From Bacteroidales bacterium (lineage in GTDB: Bacteria > Bacteroidota > Bacteroidia > Bacteroidales > P3), in NCBI GenBank assembly GCA_017524785.1, contig JAFXUY010000063.1, positions 586 through 64,585 on the forward strand: 64,000 nt of DNA, read 5' to 3'. This document shows, in pieces, positions 61,787 through 64,000 of this stretch (position 1 is the stretch's first letter; every line of letters starts with the position of its first letter). The notes beneath the pieces are model-generated. The model saw nothing but the letters and a program-made list of their open reading frames with translations. It made no database searches and had not been told where the DNA came from. A program made the position numbers and the translations under genes.

Positions 61787-62902
61787 TCAGTAGGTGGCCT
61801 CTAGGTCGCGCTGGTTCATAAAGATGTTGTTGCGGGGGGTGTTGTGGTTTGCCCCAAGCGAGACACGCCGACGCGGCCTGGAGCCCACTTGAACCCAATA
61901 TATATCTGTATCCATACGATTGTATAGATTGTCCTTGCGGAGGGCAATCGAGCATCGGCCATTGCACTGTGCGGTAGCTACAAGGCGACCCTGGGCATCG
62001 TAGACGTCGACTGTCTCATCGTCGGCACCCTCTACCACGATGGTGTTGCCGTTGACGATAATTGTCACCTCGGACAGAGCCTTATGCTGTGGCTCGCAAG
62101 GGTCGACGACATGCTCGAATCCGTCCCACTGCGGCGCATTGCGGTAGGCCGCGGCGGTGCCACAGGGCACCGTGAGGCGCACCGTGTCGGCCATGCCGAA
62201 GAAACACCATTCGCCCACGACAACAGGCGGCTCGGCCGCAAGGAGCACCAAGGTATCGATGCCCGAGCAGAGGCTGAAGGCATCCTTGCCTACCACAGTC
62301 AGGGTGGAAGGCAATGTGACGCTGCGCACCGACGTGAGCGAGAAGAAAGCACTGTCGGCCAATGCCGTGACGGCGTAGCTATGGCCGTTGTGTTCCACGG
62401 CCTCGGGTACGATAACCCTTGCCGCAGCGGCAAGGCAAGCCACGGCCACGCTGCCATCGGGCAAGAGGAAGCAGGCGATGGTGTCGGCCATTGGTGTGAC
62501 ACAGATGAAGTCGTAGCGCGGCGACGGTGGCATAGCTTCGGCTACGGCGACAGGTTCAGGGGCGGGCTCGGCAACGACAATCATCGGTTCAGAAATGGCG
62601 GCAACAGTGTCAGGCGTGGGTTCTACCTCGGACTGCGGTACGGCGACAGGGGCTAGAGTGGGGGAGGGGAGGGTGTCGACAGGTTCCACGGCGGGGAACA
62701 CCAGGCGGTGAAGGCTGGGAACAAAAGTGACGGCGAAGGCTGCGACGCTGCCGAAGAGGAGCAGCACCACACAGGTGCGCCTTATTGCCTGACGGCGGCG
62801 GGTGCGGCGAGAGCACCACTGGTCGAAGCCCTCGGTCATGGTTTCGCGGATGTCGGCCTCCTCGAGGAGTTCTATCAAGCGGTTTCTATCATTATATTCC
62901 AT
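61787..62902 (-). CDS. anti-sigma-like single-pass membrane protein with a BspA-LRR segment and a T9SS-tail-like C-terminal domain
   Basis: Cytoplasmic MEYNDRNRLIELLEEADIRE..., TM helix VVLLLFGSVAAFAVTFV, a Pro-rich linker, the LRR segment SAFFSLTSVRSVTLPSTLTVVGKDAFSLCSGIDTLVL, then VTIIVNGNTIVVEGADDETVDVYDAQGRLV...IYWVQVGSRP. Overlaps the sigma gene by 11 nt. Confidence 0.7.
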   Translation of the reverse strand: MEYNDRNRLIELLEEADIRETMTEGFDQWCSRRTRRRQAIRRTCVVLLLFGSVAAFAVTFVPSLHRLVFPAVEPVDTLPSPTLAPVAVPQSEVEPTPDTVAAISEPMIVVAEPAPEPVAVAEAMPPSPRYDFICVTPMADTIACFLLPDGSVAVACLAAAARVIVPEAVEHNGHSYAVTALADSAFFSLTSVRSVTLPSTLTVVGKDAFSLCSGIDTLVLLAAEPPVVVGEWCFFGMADTVRLTVPCGTAAAYRNAPQWDGFEHVVDPCEPQHKALSEVTIIVNGNTIVVEGADDETVDVYDAQGRLVATAQCNGRCSIALRKDNLYNRMDTDIYWVQVGSRPRRRVSLGANHNTPRNNIFMNQRDLEATY

Positions 62903-63371
62903 ATTGTTCCTCCTTGAGTTTAGTGATTATGCGGTGCAGCCGCTGGTAGACATTGTCGCGGCTGATGCCCATGGCCTCGGCTATCTCGGCGGCGTTGTAG
63001 CCCTCTACGCGCATGCGCACAAGGGTGCGGTCGTCGGGAGCGAGGAAGCTCACAAGGTCGTCGAGATCGGCGTTGCCGTCAGGCACAGGCAGGGTGTTGG
63101 AAAGCTCGGCGTCGATGGGCTGTGTGGGCACACGGTGGCGGCGGTGCAGATGGTCGAGCACGGTACGTGCATGCCAGAAGACCCAGGCGCGCTCTTCGAG
63201 CAGTGAGGCCCCTTGGCGCAGGTCACCGTAGTGTTCCCATAACGACAGCGACACCTCCTGCACCAGGTCGAGACAGATGTCGCGGTTACCGCAGGCACGG
63301 CGCATGCACATGCGCCACAGCAGCTGACGGTGGCGGCGCAACATGTCGGTGTATGACGCTTCGCGGTTCAT
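62892..63371 (-). CDS. ECF-type RNA polymerase sigma-70 factor
   Basis: 159 aa. Region 2 (DLVQEVSLSLW) and region 4 (VEGYNAAEIAEAMGISRDNVYQRLHRIITKL). Confidence 0.85.
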   Translation of the reverse strand: MNREASYTDMLRRHRQLLWRMCMRRACGNRDICLDLVQEVSLSLWEHYGDLRQGASLLEERAWVFWHARTVLDHLHRRHRVPTQPIDAELSNTLPVPDGNADLDDLVSFLAPDDRTLVRMRVEGYNAAEIAEAMGISRDNVYQRLHRIITKLKEEQYGI

Positions 63372-63380
63372 TTATAAATA

Positions 63381-63409
63381 TAATACCCACCTTCCTCCAA
63401 GAATCTGAC
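63381..63409 (-). promoter_or_regulatory. GTCAGA-N17-GTATTA promoter-like motif upstream of the ECF sigma gene
   Basis: On the reverse strand: TGTCAGATTCTTGGAGGAAGGTGGGTATTATATTTA, 9 nt before the ATG. Confidence 0.5.
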
Positions 63410-63419
63410 ATCGGGGGTG

Positions 63420-63427
63420 CAAAAATA
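63420..63427 (-). promoter_or_regulatory. -7 promoter box TATTTTTG upstream of the ECF sigma gene
   Basis: TTTTTCGTATTTTTGCACC on the reverse strand. Confidence 0.55.
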
Positions 63428-63443
63428 CGAAAAATTTTTTTCT

Positions 63444-64000
63444 CTACCTAATTACCACTACCTTCTGCGGCGGACGAGTGCCAACCTTCACCAGATAGAC
63501 ACCTATTGGGATTGACTCATTGCGGATGCTGCGGCCTGTGATGTCGAAGATGCGGACGGTCTCGCCCTCGGCCCCCTCGACGATGATGCGGTCGCCGAGC
63601 GTGTAGATGTTGACGGCGTTAGCGTCGGGGCCGCCGATGCCCATATTGCAGTCTTCGACAATCTGGTCGGCGAACTGACCCCAGTAGCTGTCGGCCAGCC
63701 AAGCGTTGAGGCTCCCACAGGGGACGACGATGCTGTCGACATCCGTCCCGTCGAGGCAGCCGTATGTACCGTAGCCGTCGTCGGTGGTTGCGGGAGGAAT
63801 GGTGTTCTTGAGGCGCAGCATCTGCAAGGGCTGACTGTAGAATGCATCCACCTCGATGGTGTCGATTGGGGCGGAGAAGGTGAGCCTTTTGAGCCTTCCG
63901 CGGTAGTCGCCGATGAAGGCGGTCATCCTGACAATCCGCAACGTCGGGGGCAGCGTCAGCTCCGTGAAGGAGCAGTCGCCGAAGGCGCAAGTGTCGATGA
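63444..64000 (-). CDS. BspA-type LRR protein with a T9SS type A-like C-terminal domain, partial (N-terminus beyond the right edge)
   Basis: The frame is open to nt 64000 (...IDTCAFGDCSFTELTLPPTLRIVRMTAF...). The C-terminus NIYTLGDRIIVEGAEGETVRIFDITGRSI...GVYLVKVGTRPPQKVVVIR resembles a Por secretion tail. Confidence 0.75.
   Translation of the reverse strand, partial: IDTCAFGDCSFTELTLPPTLRIVRMTAFIGDYRGRLKRLTFSAPIDTIEVDAFYSQPLQMLRLKNTIPPATTDDGYGTYGCLDGTDVDSIVVPCGSLNAWLADSYWGQFADQIVEDCNMGIGGPDANAVNIYTLGDRIIVEGAEGETVRIFDITGRSIRNESIPIGVYLVKVGTRPPQKVVVIR

Overview
This 64-kb window reads as a chromosomal segment of a Bacteroidales-type (phylum Bacteroidota) bacterium. TAnnTTTG promoter boxes sit just upstream of many genes, Shine-Dalgarno sequences are almost absent, and several secreted proteins end in type IX secretion (T9SS) sorting domains. 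I call 48 protein-coding genes (two truncated by the window edges) and two tandem tRNA-Lys(UUU) genes. Most genes are housekeeping: purD, pyrK-pyrD, rsmA, an LptF/LptG-family permease, rseP, dxr, an M23 peptidase, a PpiD-like chaperone, cdd, a U32 peptidase, aroB, recR, a phosphoglucomutase-family mutase, a XerC/XerD recombinase with hpf, lysC, smpB, a dihydrouridine synthase, mnmG and ybeY. The accessory content is: (a) two giant modular surface proteins (2268 aa with a T9SS type A tail, 2961 aa with a T9SS type B tail); (b) BspA-type LRR proteins at both window edges; (c) a 58.8-64 kb cluster with two paralogous ECF sigma modules, one of them a sigma factor fused directly to a membrane anchor, flanking a tandem lipoprotein pair; (d) a low-GC GIY-YIG/T5orf172 gene next to a 33-bp perfect palindrome; (e) an orphan CoA-transferase A subunit plus a hotdog-fold protein. 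I see no CRISPR array, transposase, prophage or recognisable multi-gene defence system. Four signals are not explained by the gene calls and are most worth follow-up: (1) a ~235-bp structured intergenic element present three times; (2) a GTCAGA-N17-GTATTA promoter-like motif shared by both sigma genes and the lipoprotein pair; (3) the membrane-tethered sigma fusion and the anti-sigma-like protein carrying LRR and T9SS-tail-like domains; (4) the iteron-like palindrome. All functional names come from reading the translations by eye; no database search was possible. Start codons are my judgement (the ORF track also uses TTG/GTG starts).
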